A stretch of 64,000 nucleotides of DNA. It comes from Coniocarpon cinnabarinum (taxonomy: Eukaryota). Numbering within the stretch: position 1 is the first letter of the stretch; each line of letters starts with the position of its first letter. Below are positions 11,842 through 23,590 of this stretch, piece by piece. The DNA is taken from NCBI GenBank assembly GCA_051942205.1, contig JAVECO010000001.1, positions 1 to 64,000 of the forward strand, given 5' to 3'. The notes beneath the pieces are model-generated. The model was given only the letters and a program-made list of their open reading frames with translations. It did no database searches and was not told the DNA's origin. A program made the translations under genes and the position numbers.

Positions 11842-14127
11842 TTAGCCAAATACCATCCTCGGGGCATTGCTCCAATCAACATTTAACCAATCTTCTAGAT
11901 CGGCACCGAAAGCCGGCACATTGGCTACAGACATTTCGTTCAGGTCGAAACCAGCGAACTGATCTTGAGGCGAGTAGTACCCATTGACAGCCGGAGGCGC
12001 CAGGACCCTGTCTAAGATGTGTCTAAGAAGTTTCGACACACGTTGACATAGAGCGTAGTTGCCATCGATCTCACTGACCCACTCTAAGGCTGCGACGAAC
12101 AGAATGAGATCCTGTATAGTCTTTGGCCGGTTTGGAGAGGGCGGCCGCGTTGGGTTGCTGTTGCTTTGATGGTAGAGATCAACTGACAAGGCCGAGGCAG
12201 ATGGGATGCCATAGTTGGTGATGAACCAGTGAACATCGTCTTTGTGTTCGACGAAGCGATCGCGCTCGGTCCAAAGCAAGTTAACCGCCTCGAGTAATCT
12301 ACGTGCGGTATGCAAGTGACGTTCCTCATCTCGAGCAGGGTGATCTAGCTGTTCGAGGAGGAAACTGTGGTGGATGAACCGCAGTTGGACTTGTGCAATA
12401 CAGGAGATGTCGGCTGCTTCTTTCGAATGTATAAGCTCCTTTGAGAGTGGTGTCCTGAGCTGGTCCGGGAATGACGCGAACTCAGCGTCGATGCGCTCTC
12501 GCACTTCTTGCACGCGGCGTTGTAGTTCAAGTGGCGGGAGTTTTCTGCCGAGACATATCTCGAGAATCTCCTCTCGGATTAGATGCGATATCATGAATGC
12601 CTTGCCCATTGTGGCCGGATGAATCTCCCCAGTCTTGTTCCATCCGTCAGGGCACAGCTTGTGTTTGATCGCATCCTCATCATCCTGCATGAGCTCCTCT
12701 TCCGACGCGTCAAGCGGATAGTCGTTTGAAAGATAATGTCGAGTGATGCATGGAGGCCTGCCATGGAACGTCGCTAATTCAAAGCATATCCCGATGCAAG
12801 AGGAAAAGATCCGCTTCTGCATCTCGATAAACAGAAGTGAGTATGGTTTCTCTTTGGCCGAGGGCCTGTGCAGACCAAATGCAGTTGCGGCCGCGACCAG
12901 ACTTCCCGTACGGCGCCATAACGAAGAGCTGATGTCACCTCCAATGACGGCTTGGTAGCACGTACATTTGTACAAAAGAAGAAGAGACAGGAGGTTGCTT
13001 TGAACATCAAGCTCGTCGCAAAGCATCAAGCAGGCGTCTGCAACCTCCAAAAGGCTTGTGCTGTATTCTCTAACCGACATGCCCTTGGGGAGTATCTCGC
13101 AGAGAAAAGGATCGGTCGGTGGAAGCGACATTGCTACGAAACCGATAGCAACGATGACAGTCCCGAGCATATCCCATCGGGACTTTTGACCGGTGAAGGA
13201 GTCTAGAAATTCAGGCGTGGACTTGGGTATATCTAAGTCGTTACTAATTCTGAAAGAAGCTGTGTTCTTACACAAGGCCTTGGAGACGGTGGCGAGATTG
13301 CTCGAACAGTTGGAAGGCTCCTCCAGCAAGTGGCCAAAAGTGTCAAAGAAGCGATTTACGTAAAGCTCATACATTGGCTTGCAGCTGGTCACGGCCAGTG
13401 TGACGCGGAAATAACGAGCTAAGGCTTCTTCGCATAGTCTCCGCGCCGGCACCCATGCGAGGATAGTAGCACCAAAGCGGACGAGACTCTCATTCTCACA
13501 CGACTCGCACCATTCTTGTGAGCCTGTGGGTTCGTTGGACCAATCCTCTCCCACAAGGCCCTTGTTGTTCAGCAGGACTGCAGAATGACCCGTGCTGCCC
13601 AGATATCCGGGTACATAGCGAGACGGACCACGATTGTAACGGATCGGACCGCCTGTCTCTAAAGTTAGAGGGTTTGATAAGGGTGAACACTTGAGCTCCG
13701 GCTTGGCTGGTGAAGGTCTCGAGTACGACGTTCCGTGTTGATGATGAGTCCGATCACTGGCCGGCGGTGACGGAAATATTTGATCCTTGGTTATGCCGTT
13801 CATATTCGTCGTAGGTGAAAGATCCGTTCCTCTGCTCATTGGGTTTGGGTGGTAATGGCAGTTCTTCTTCCCTCTTACACATCGACTACAAGGAAGCTCA
13901 TGGTTACAGGCTAGTTTGGACTTCCTGCACGGCTCACAGGAAGAGGCAATGCCATTGCGCCTTACACGCTTTGCCTCGGGCTCATCGGAGCGCTGGAGCG
14001 GAACGTCACCGGCACCTGTTACGACAGGCACCTCACTGGGAGAAGTTGGGTCCATATTTGCAGAGGAAGGGCCGGAATCGGAGGGCGAGATGCGGGTGGT
14101 ATTATCGACCAAGGTTTCGGAGGCCAT
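11842..14127 (-). CDS. Zn(II)2Cys6 fungal-specific transcription factor
   Basis: Binuclear cluster SCEPCRKSKLACNHELPCSRCVRGKKNC, plus a fungal TF middle homology region (FGLHR...KRIFS...LATFHGRPP). Confidence 0.95.
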   Translation of the reverse strand: MASETLVDNTTRISPSDSGPSSANMDPTSPSEVPVVTGAGDVPLQRSDEPEAKRVRRNGIASSCEPCRKSKLACNHELPCSRCVRGKKNCHYHPNPMSRGTDLSPTTNMNGITKDQIFPSPPASDRTHHQHGTSYSRPSPAKPELKCSPLSNPLTLETGGPIRYNRGPSRYVPGYLGSTGHSAVLLNNKGLVGEDWSNEPTGSQEWCESCENESLVRFGATILAWVPARRLCEEALARYFRVTLAVTSCKPMYELYVNRFFDTFGHLLEEPSNCSSNLATVSKALCKNTASFRISNDLDIPKSTPEFLDSFTGQKSRWDMLGTVIVAIGFVAMSLPPTDPFLCEILPKGMSVREYSTSLLEVADACLMLCDELDVQSNLLSLLLLYKCTCYQAVIGGDISSSLWRRTGSLVAAATAFGLHRPSAKEKPYSLLFIEMQKRIFSSCIGICFELATFHGRPPCITRHYLSNDYPLDASEEELMQDDEDAIKHKLCPDGWNKTGEIHPATMGKAFMISHLIREEILEICLGRKLPPLELQRRVQEVRERIDAEFASFPDQLRTPLSKELIHSKEAADISCIAQVQLRFIHHSFLLEQLDHPARDEERHLHTARRLLEAVNLLWTERDRFVEHKDDVHWFITNYGIPSASALSVDLYHQSNSNPTRPPSPNRPKTIQDLILFVAALEWVSEIDGNYALCQRVSKLLRHILDRVLAPPAVNGYYSPQDQFAGFDLNEMSVANVPAFGADLEDWLNVDWSNAPRMVFG

Positions 14128-14747
14128 CAATGTTTTTACTCATGGCACGATGGCACTGTCAACTGATTTGCCCTTGATTTGAACAGCCCTGACGCATTTA
14201 TCAGAGGTTATTGTTGGCCACAGGCCAGGTCAAACAGACTCAAGTAAGACATGGAAGAGATACCGATGTCACCCGCGCCGAGTCAGAAGCGTATGGGTGC
14301 CTAGAATTGTCCCCTCACCTCATGAACCCCCTCGGAGCGATCGGAGTCGCGCTCTGCCCAGCAAGAAAGACGTTTGTCGTGCGGGGCGCCTCCAAGAAGT
14401 GCGCCACGTTTCTTCCAGCCGGGCGCGCTATTCGGGTTTAAGTGTATGAGAGTCTCTTAGATCCGATAGATAAAGCTTCTTTTGACAGTACCGAAGCCCC
14501 CTGTCTCGGACCCGCCAGGTTGAACTTTACTTCTGTGCCAACCGACGGAGCAATACTGCTATTTTCTATTGCAGCTTGCCGCCCGAAGTAAACCAACTCC
14601 GGGTGACTCACGATGCTTCGTAGATGGTTGCCTGATGCTTACTCAGAGAGCTGCCCGTCTAAGCGATGCTGCCGCGTCTTACACCGCATCTGCACTGACT
14701 AAGTCTTCATACTCGGCCTCGTGATTCGAAGCGGCGGTAACGCGCAG

Positions 14748-14758
14748 ATATATATAAA
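14748..14758 (+). promoter_or_regulatory. TATA box of the downstream microprotein gene
   Basis: ATATATATAAA lies ~190 nt upstream of ATG 14947 and is followed by a CT-rich stretch. Confidence 0.55.
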
Positions 14759-14946
14759 GGTAAAGTCGCCATCCTCATGTCTTTGCAATAGGTGAAATAT
14801 CAAAATTCTGCCATCCCCTCCGACTCTCTCATCTCTCAAGCAGATTAGTGTGCGTGCATTATTGCCATTATCAGACAATCGAGCTTCCCAACTTCCTCAA
14901 AACTATCAAGCAACTTCTACCTCTTCTTAAAGGGCAAAGAGCCGAG

Positions 14947-15235
14947 ATGGCGTCGCGCTCCTCCACCAGTGCCATGAGCTCTACGAGCAGCACTTCGTTC
15001 GTAAACGACATAAACGACTCTGCGTCTGTTTCCACAAGAAGCTCCAGCTCCAGCTGGAAGAACAGTATGTCCCAGCCTGCTTAACAATTTGCCTCGGCTA
15101 AAGTATATAGGGTTACTGCCCAAGTCGTCGACTAGTCGAGACAGAGATACAAAGAGCACGCCTGCGTCATCCAGCATGAGCACAGCACGGGCGCCACGAG
15201 CAGAGGCCACAGCAACCTACCTCGCCCTGCGATGA
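14947..15235 (+). CDS. Spliced 80-aa Ser/Thr-rich microprotein ending EATATYLALR
   Basis: Intron GTATGT...CTAAA...TAG at 15065-15110. Exons of 118 and 125 nt total 243 nt and give an open frame ending at TGA 15233-15235. A TATA box lies upstream. Confidence 0.7.
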
Positions 15236-17234
15236 TTCAGCTGGTCCTGCACGGACTGGATATTTCTGTTAGTGACTGCATGTGAAACACAACAGCCATG
15301 TAATGAATAAATGAGTGTCACGTTTTCGAACATCTTGCGTTTCTCACAAACTGAGAGCAAGCCTTGGCTCAAGCATGCACCAAAATAAGTCGATCCCTCC
15401 TTTCATTGCGCAAATTGTCAATAGACTTGTACTCGATGTTACCGCACTTAATAAGGTAAACGCTCAACAATGCAAGAAATCATTATTACCGTTACTCTCC
15501 ATCTGGATGTCTTCCTTTGCATTTGTTGTATTCTGGTTAGGCAATGTTCGTTGGGGGTATTCGCTGCTGCAGGCTGATCCCCCAGGGTCGGCCTCCGCTG
15601 AACAGAGTAGAAGCACAGCGCCCTTCTTTCCCCAACCGTCAATGAAGATCATATCAAATAATCGCGCACTTACGAGCATGACCCGAGTAATCCATGAGAT
15701 TTCATGTCACAAATGCATCTCATTTATGCAGCGATAGCGAAATCCATGTTGTTGGTGTTGTTCAAGATCGTCTCGATTAGAAAAGGCACAGCCAGCATAC
15801 CTTCAAACAGTGATCTTTGATTGGCTGTAGCGTACTTTCAATTCGCAGCTGGGTCCGTCGAAGTGGAGCCGCAGACCGAAGTTCCGAACATCGACTCCAT
15901 GCAGACACTCGTCGGACCGTAAATCAATGGCATATTGTCAGCGAATTAAATATTCAGTGGGTCAGATTTGCACAGAACAAATAGCAGGCTTTTAGCGAGA
16001 CTTTGTTTCCGAGGTGCAATGAACCATTACAAGGCTTCGAACACATTCCAGTATCGCATATGCGGTTTACTTCGATAGGTTAGTTTTCATCAGAGGCACA
16101 AACTCTTCTCTGCTACTTTAGGATCAGTACGCCTCCGCAAAGTTGGTCTAAAAGCTCTCCCGAACACAACGTTCGCGGCAAAACAAACCAAAGCGCCAAA
16201 GCAGGTCCTGAACGAGGTGTTCTGAGCACTCTCTCGTTCAAAGTGAGGGTCTTGGCGAGGAAACATTCCACCTCTCGTCTGAAACTCAAGAGGTCTGTGT
16301 CCAAGTTGTACGTTGAGCTTTGATAAGTCGTAGACGTAGGGTGGCATGCAGCGCGCATAAGCACTGAAGTAATGAAAGCTCAGTCCATCGATTCTACACA
16401 GAACATTTTGACATGAGCTCAAGCCATACACGTGCGTGCACATGCACATTGCAGGTTTGTCAGTCGAATTATGTGAACGACACGAGCCGTACCCTGAGTG
16501 TCCCATGTATGTGTCACAATCATTCGTTATGACCCTTTTAGAGGTTCAACTTGCATGACCACGAGATGCCACATCAGGTAATTCTGGTCTGTGCTTTACA
16601 GGCGGGACTGTCACATGCACGAGCATTAAACTTCGTCTCGTCCCGCCTCATCACCTTCCTTGCTTCCTATTACCACATCACAGGCATCAGACGCCAGCCT
16701 CGCTCCAGGCTCCAGAGCGGTTCTCACGGCTGCTTGGGGACGTCCTCAACCAAGCTTCATTGTTTACTTTGAGGCCAGCTGGTCAATTCTCATCGCGTCA
16801 GCTACCCCACGGGTCTGCTGGTATTCCCCTCGGCCGCTTTCGTAACCGCGTGGCTTTGTCTCGCCATCCCTACGCGTGACAGCTGTCCATCTAGCCCTAT
16901 CTCTTTTATCATCATCTATCATCACCGTGACTCAATCCGGGCAACAGGCTCGCCCTCTTCATGACCTCCCTCCTTCCCTTCAGCTTTCGTCTGATCAATA
17001 CCCCATAGCACCTTCCCTTTCACTCGCCAACCTACCTAAGTAAAGCTCAGCGCCTCCTTCTCTGTTTCTCAGCTCCCCGAGATTCCATCTGCAACGCCTG
17101 CTCATCTGACACCACTTTTTTCCCTTCTGCTTGTCTTGTAAAGTTAGTCCCTGTTGGCACTGTATTCACATCAGTCCACATTCATCTTTATTCGCCCAAG
17201 CTCTTCAGACTGTCATCAGAGCTATCTATTCAGG

Positions 17235-17919
17235 ATGCCGGGCCCTCACTACCGCTACGACCTGCGCAGCCAAGCCATCGATGGTAAACGCGATCGCGAG
17301 TCGAAGCAAAAGTGGGGACCCACCCCGAACGCTACGCGAGCAAACGCCATCGCTGAGAAGTGAGTACCAGTTCATTAACTGCTGCCAGATCATGGACTGA
17401 TTCGTACCTAGAGCCCGTGTGCACGCTCTCGACAAACATGAGCGACAGCAGCTGAAAGCGGAACAAGACCTCACGAGTCCATATAAGACCCCAAAACGTG
17501 AACGAAACAACTATGCTCGACGCCGAGCCCATTACCAGAAGATGGACATGCTTAGCGATCCTCGAGATGACCCACATCGTAATATGATGTTGGGCGACAG
17601 TTCCAACAATTCCTCAACCGATGAAGGCAGCCCCGAACCTGATCCAGAGGCCAACATCATGTATTCTTATGATGCCCCCACCGGACCAAGCAATGGCGAG
17701 AAACACTTGCGACAGCTTATGGCTGTTGCCGAATCCCGTTTCGAGGACACCCAGACTGTCAAGTTAGTGAACAGCGAGTAAGTCTTTCACGCATTGGATG
17801 TTCTCAGGCCTGGACGCTGATTCAAGTGCAGGTACGACATGGTTGATCAAGATGGCGATGAGTCTGTGGGCGATGCTGATGACCGGCACGTTGTCGATGA
17901 TGACTACGAAATGCTCTGA
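17235..17919 (+). CDS. Conserved fungal hypothetical protein, 192 aa, 3 exons, acidic C-terminus DDDYEML
   Basis: Introns 17360-17411 (GTGAGT..CTGAT..TAG) and 17778-17831 (GTAAGT..CTGAT..CAG). Exons total 579 nt in frame and contain IMYSYDAPTGPS. Confidence 0.8.
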
Positions 17920-18874
17920 TCGTGGATGCTACTAACTGGCGTTGTGCGTCGCGGCGAACCTGCGTCGTGTTTTAGACGGACTGTTGTCCTCTCTACCCGC
18001 AAGGGTGCTGTACTATCAATGGCATGGCAACGCAGAGTTCCACGGTAGAAGGGCTCTCGTGGCGCGTTCATCCTACATGTCCTGGATTGAATGATACCTG
18101 CAACAGTCAGGCAGATTTAGGCATCTGGTGTTTTGATCTTTGCAGAGACATTGTCGCTGCCGTTTTTTTCTGCAGAAGTGGACGTGCACCTCCTGGGGTT
18201 GATATCAACAGGCGTATGGTTGTTGATTAGAACCCAGTGATTTAAGAGCTTCTCACAACCGAGTTTGCACTGCTAGACGGCTTCCCTAGGCGCTTTGCTA
18301 TAGCAGACCCCACACAAGAGACGAATTCAGGGCGTTCTATATTGCTCTTGTCGCCTCTGTAGGTAGACGTGCAATCACACGCGCCATGCAACAGACGACA
18401 ATGTTACAGTCAGAGATTGGAAGGGGCTGGCAAAGACACTGCCTATGCGCTTAGTCGAGTAACTCAGCCTGCGAAGATCACGTGTTTCGTGTCATGTCCA
18501 TCCATGTCTCTGGGCAAGTGAGATCTGGGACCGATGTGGCCCGCGCCTTAGCGTTGTCTTGCACGTCAGCATGACAACTCAATCCGGCCATTACTACTGC
18601 CGTTCGATTATTCGTCGCGTCTTAGACATGTGTTCGCTATTGCTCGCGGGCGCCCTTACATACCCTCCCGCTCCTGCTTCTACGAGCTGCAAGTTGTACT
18701 TTAGTGCTCCTCATGGGAAAGCGTTTCCAAGGAGATATTTTACCTCTATCCGCATCGCGTAGATAGCAGCCTTGAATCAATTCTGAATTTCATCATCACA
18801 TCTAGTGCCCATTATTCTTCTGGCTCTGCCATTTTCGATCATTTATCTGGTAGTCATCATTTACGTGAGCCGTG

Positions 18875-20533
18875 ATGGAAGTTCACGGCACCAAGCCAGT
18901 CGATCCGCAAGAGCCAAAAAGGAGAGCACCAGCGAGATGGTATCTACAACTGCAGGCCGTGTTCTGGAGGTTTCTCATGCAAATCGGCATGTGGCTCCAT
19001 CGATTAGCTCCTCCTCGTCCATACGGTGTCCGCTTTACTAGGCAAATACCTACTACCCTCTCACCAACGGCGGGCAACGTTACACTACATTTCTACACCC
19101 CAAAGGACTATAAAACAATGAAAAAGCTGGGCAAAGCTGAGTCGAGATATCCGGTGGTTATCAACTTCCATGGAGGTGGCTTCACACTCGGCAGAGCGAC
19201 GGACGATGCACGGTGGGCATCGAGAGTCGTAGAGCAGTTAGGTGCTGTGGTTGCAAGTGTGGACTATCGACTCGCGCCTGAGTTTCCTTTCCCTACAGCC
19301 ATTGAGGACGGCGTGGATGCGGTATTATACATCATCCGCCATGCCGAGGAATTGCATCTCGACGCTCAAAGAATCGCTCTCAGTGGCTTCAGCTGTGGTG
19401 GCAACATGGTATTCACAGTGCCAATAAGATTGATGGAGGAGCTTGATCCGAACTTTGAAAAGACGCCAAAAGACGATCCTGCGACTGGCCAGGAGACTGA
19501 GAACGTGATAGAAATGCAGCCAACACTAGACAAAGTCACGGACTCTGGCATCGAGAGCATCAACACGAGCCCCAAGCAGGGCAGCGAATCCACACATCTG
19601 CACCCTACAAAAGGTGGGGTTGTCACAGTCAGTAGAAGAGTGACGGATTCCGCGTCGTCCTCCACGCAAGACGTTCGAGGTACCATCTCGCAAGACGCCC
19701 AGTCAGTAAAACTCCCTTCTTTCAAGGTTGTCTCCGTGGTGTCGTGGTATCCCACCTGCGATTACACATTGACTCGGGAACAACGTCGTGAGATGTGTGT
19801 CCGGAAAGACATGGAGCTCAGTCCAGTCTTTACCGCCTTGTTCGACGCAGCATACATGGCTCCACAAAATTTGGATAGGGCAAATCCATATTTGTCGCCA
19901 GGCGTAGCTTCAGAAGAGTTACTCAAGCAAAGTTTGCCGGAATACATCCAGCTTTACACATGCGAGTGGGACATGCTTCGTGCGGAAGCCTTAACAATGC
20001 GCGACAGGCTGCGAGACATGGGCAAGAAGGTCTCTCATGACGAAATCAAGGGCGTGCCCCATGGATGGGACAAGAGTCCAAATCCATTCAAGGAGGCATT
20101 GGGAACGACTGAACATTATCGCAACGCGTGCAAGGAGTTGCGGAAGGCTTTTCAAGGGGAGACAGAGACAGAACATCACAAATCTCTTGCAGATCGACTT
20201 AGCTTCAGCAGCATAGCGGGCCGACTGAGCTTGACAGGCAAAATCCTGCCGGACGGACAAGGGTCACCAGCCAGTCAATCCCAAGAAGATGCAGAGGTGG
20301 AGCCACGGAAATCGTTTGCCGAAAGGCTCGGCATGGGTTCTATTGCTGAGAAGCTTGGTCGTCGAGAGACAGTGGATGATGCGCCACCACTTCCAAGTGG
20401 CGGGCAGGGCACGACTGAGCCTATTGAACCTATTGAGGGTGTTGAGACGTCGGATTTTGGGCAGTCCCGCAGTCGCGTAAGCTTGAATGGGAACAGCGTC
20501 ACTCCAGATGCACGCTCTCCGCCGTCCGCTTGA
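18875..20533 (+). CDS. Alpha/beta hydrolase (HSL/Abhydrolase_3 lipase-esterase)
   Basis: Oxyanion motif HGGGF, DYRLAPEFPFP, nucleophile motif GFSCGG, and putative catalytic Asp (EWDML) and His (HGW). Confidence 0.92.
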   Translation: MEVHGTKPVDPQEPKRRAPARWYLQLQAVFWRFLMQIGMWLHRLAPPRPYGVRFTRQIPTTLSPTAGNVTLHFYTPKDYKTMKKLGKAESRYPVVINFHGGGFTLGRATDDARWASRVVEQLGAVVASVDYRLAPEFPFPTAIEDGVDAVLYIIRHAEELHLDAQRIALSGFSCGGNMVFTVPIRLMEELDPNFEKTPKDDPATGQETENVIEMQPTLDKVTDSGIESINTSPKQGSESTHLHPTKGGVVTVSRRVTDSASSSTQDVRGTISQDAQSVKLPSFKVVSVVSWYPTCDYTLTREQRREMCVRKDMELSPVFTALFDAAYMAPQNLDRANPYLSPGVASEELLKQSLPEYIQLYTCEWDMLRAEALTMRDRLRDMGKKVSHDEIKGVPHGWDKSPNPFKEALGTTEHYRNACKELRKAFQGETETEHHKSLADRLSFSSIAGRLSLTGKILPDGQGSPASQSQEDAEVEPRKSFAERLGMGSIAEKLGRRETVDDAPPLPSGGQGTTEPIEPIEGVETSDFGQSRSRVSLNGNSVTPDARSPPSA

Positions 20534-20942
20534 TGCCGAGTGAGCGTCGAGGAACAAGCGCCTTGCCAGGCGACATCGAGTGAGATTCTTGGAAAGTGTC
20601 ATGGATCCAGCTATCCATGAGAATTGGATGCTGGTCTGACACGCATGACGCGGGGACTCACAGCCGGTTTCATCGCTCTGGATCCAGGGTGTCAATGTCC
20701 CGGTAACCTGGTTGAGGTGAAATGAGGAACGAGATCTAAAAAGAGATGCCTGCTATTGCCGGATTTGTGAGCTTGTCCATGCTGATGACGTACCCTGCTC
20801 CTTGTGCAAGCTTGGAACAAACTAGGAAACCACCCTGGACATCACCTGGAGGACAACCCAGTATCAGGGCACCATTTTCACCGATGGTCATTGAAACTCA
20901 TTGTCCTGCAGAGCTGCAGAGAAGCATAAGATTTTGAAGAAG

Positions 20943-22192
20943 ATGGAGTACAACAATGCAGTACTCCCTCTGGCCCCACACGGCACGCCAGATCCATTTG
21001 TCGCGCATCGGAATGGGAAGTTCTATCTGGTGAGCTCGACTCATCCAACTACTGATACTTAAAGGCCATGCCTAATACTGATCTAGACCTACACCACTGG
21101 CAATGATATCCAGTTATGGGAGGCCGACGACATCTCTGGATTCATGACCACCAGAAAGAAAATCATTATATGGTGAGTGTGTTCACTAATTCGCGCAGGC
21201 ATCCGCTCTCTTGCACACTCACGGCACACCGCTATCTCACCCATTGTGATTCCACTACTCACCGCTCCACCAGGCAGCCCAGACCCGGCACCGAGAACGC
21301 TGTCGGCATCTGGGCGCCAGAACTCCATGCTATCAATGGGCGTTGGTGGCTTCTCTACAGCGCAGAAGTTGAGGGGCAGGGCAACAAGTCGCATCGAACG
21401 TACCTTCTCGCCGGACCTCCCGACAATCAGGACCCCTGCGTCGACCGCAGAGAGCCAAATGCATGGCAAGACCTGGGACATGTGAGAGGCATGCTTCGCG
21501 ATCAATGGTCTATCGACTCAACTTTCTTTACAATTGACGGTGCGCTGTACATGGCTTACGCCGGTAGCGAACTTGGTGCAAATCCAGACACGTTCAACTT
21601 CAGCTGCATTTTCATTGTCCGAATGCACGATCCAACGACTGTGGTTACCGCTCCACCAGTCATGATATCAAAGCCAACCAACAGTTGGGAATGGCAAGGT
21701 GACTGCGGCGTGAATGAGGGTCCTGAATGGCTCGAGTCTCCAGACGCCTCATGGAAAGGCCTTGTCATCTCAGTCAACGCGACATGGTGTCAGCACTACA
21801 AGCTGCTGCTCATGCGCTACATGGGTGGTAACCCCTTGGATCCTGCTTCCTGGTGGAAAGACACGAAACCATTCCTGGAGAGTGCCAAGGGACCCTATGG
21901 GCCGTTCGCGCCGGGCCATGGTAACACGCTGAACATCAACGGCGAGACCTTTCAATTCTACCACGCGACTGATAGTCCTCAGGTTGACATGCTCAAGAGA
22001 ATGGGCCGGTGTCAGAGGATACAGTGGACGCCTGAAGGGCCGAGCATGGGCGGACGTGTAGGAGTTCCCGTGCCAGACATGGAGAGCTTCATACGGGGCC
22101 CTGCGCCTGAGCAGATGAGGAGGAAGAGCGACTTCAAGAGCAAGTTGTCAGATGCAAAGGCAACATACAAATACTATACAAGCGGATGGTAG
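20943..22192 (+). CDS. Glycoside hydrolase family 43 (alpha-L-arabinofuranosidase-like), no signal peptide
   Basis: Spliced N-terminus MEYNNAVLP...TPDPFV. The motifs PDP, WAPELH, IDS, NEGP and APGH are typical of GH43 five-bladed propellers. Two 5' introns. Confidence 0.88.
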
Positions 22193-22555
22193 TGGACCAG
22201 GGTTTCTCGTGAGTTTCTGCTCCTGAGATCGATCGCTTGGCAATAGATAGAGCAATGGCGTTGAAGCATACTGTCTTACTATCTTCACTGCCATGGATGA
22301 CTACCTGCACTTGACTACGAGCCTTTATTTGCTGCAAGAGCAACGAACCTGTACAATACAAACAGATTGGGTCACAAAGCTGTACCTACAGTGGCAAAGG
22401 CCTTTTGCAATTTAACAGACGCTGGATTCAAGTGCGGTATGTACTTTCACAACCTCTACCATCAACCGGCAGGGTAAGCCTACGATAGCCAATATCAAAC
22501 AATATACACCTCAGCGCGAGAAACAAGCCTGCATAGTACGCCACAACTGTACAGA

Positions 22556-23590
22556 ATGTCACTATCCAGCTACCTCGCCACACATTACCTCAATCCCTCC
22601 ACAGACCCATCAACCACCCACAAGCGCAAGAAACGCAAACACAACCCACCGGCAGACACCGACATCTCAACCTCCAACCTCACAATCGCCGACGATGACC
22701 CCGCCTTCCCTCCCGCAGCCAATGCCTCATCCGACGAAGAAAACAACCCCGTTATCGAAGGGACATCGCAGCGCCGAGCGAAGTTCAAACGCTCCAACTT
22801 CAAATCCTTGAATTCTACCACCGATGCTCCAGCCGAGAAGACAGAAGGCGATGAAGCGGATAGATTGATCGAGGCTGCGAATTTGGAACGTAATCAACGT
22901 GCGAACGAGGATGAAGACGTGCCCGAGATTGTGGGAAATGGAGAAGAAGACGAAGCAGGGGAGGCGAGGATGCAGAGTGGAGCCAAAGCGGGATTGCAAT
23001 CAGCCAAGGACGTGACCGCTGATTTGAAGCGGCGGCAACGTGAAGAACGGAAACGGTTGGAGAAGACGACGAATGGGCAGAAGAGCAGCGAGACGGTGTA
23101 TCGAGATGCGTCGGGACGAGTGGTCAACGTCGCAATGGCGCGGGCAGAAGCGCGGAAAGCGGAGGAAGACAAGCGCAGAAAAGAAGAGGAGGGACGAAAA
23201 GCCATAGGCGGTACGGTACAGGAACGAGAACGCGAAGAAAGACGACGCGATCTAGAATCAGCGAAGGGAGGGGCATTCGCCAGAGGTGTCGAAGACGAAG
23301 GGATGAATAAAGAGTTAAAAGCGCAAGGACGATGGGGCGATCCAATGGCAGGCGTGAGTATATTAAAGGATCGAGGCGGCGGTGGTGGTGAAGCAGCAGC
23401 AAAGGGCAAGGGCGGGAAGAGTGCGAGGGTTTACAAAGGCGCTTTCGAACCCAATCGATATGGGATTAGTCCGGGACATCGATGGGATGGGGTCGATAGG
23501 GGCATTGGGTTTGAGAGGAAGTGGTGGGCTGTGAGGAATGAGCGGAAGAGAGGCGAGGGACTGAGACAGATGTGGGAGATGGACGTGTAG
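22556..23590 (+). CDS. BUD13: Pre-mRNA splicing factor Bud13/Cwc26 (RES complex)
   Basis: Motifs ETVYRDASGR, RWGDPMA and PNRYGISPGHRWDGVDRGIGFE. Confidence 0.93.
   Translation: MSLSSYLATHYLNPSTDPSTTHKRKKRKHNPPADTDISTSNLTIADDDPAFPPAANASSDEENNPVIEGTSQRRAKFKRSNFKSLNSTTDAPAEKTEGDEADRLIEAANLERNQRANEDEDVPEIVGNGEEDEAGEARMQSGAKAGLQSAKDVTADLKRRQREERKRLEKTTNGQKSSETVYRDASGRVVNVAMARAEARKAEEDKRRKEEEGRKAIGGTVQEREREERRRDLESAKGGAFARGVEDEGMNKELKAQGRWGDPMAGVSILKDRGGGGGEAAAKGKGGKSARVYKGAFEPNRYGISPGHRWDGVDRGIGFERKWWAVRNERKRGEGLRQMWEMDV

Noticed and set aside
15300..16850. Short ORFs in the intergenic region (e.g. 15315-15737, 16090-16506)
   Set aside because: No family motifs or convincing gene structure.
2705..23590. 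Two spliceosome genes (PRP16 and BUD13) in one window
   Set aside because: They are ~17 kb apart with unrelated genes between them, so there is no evidence of clustering.
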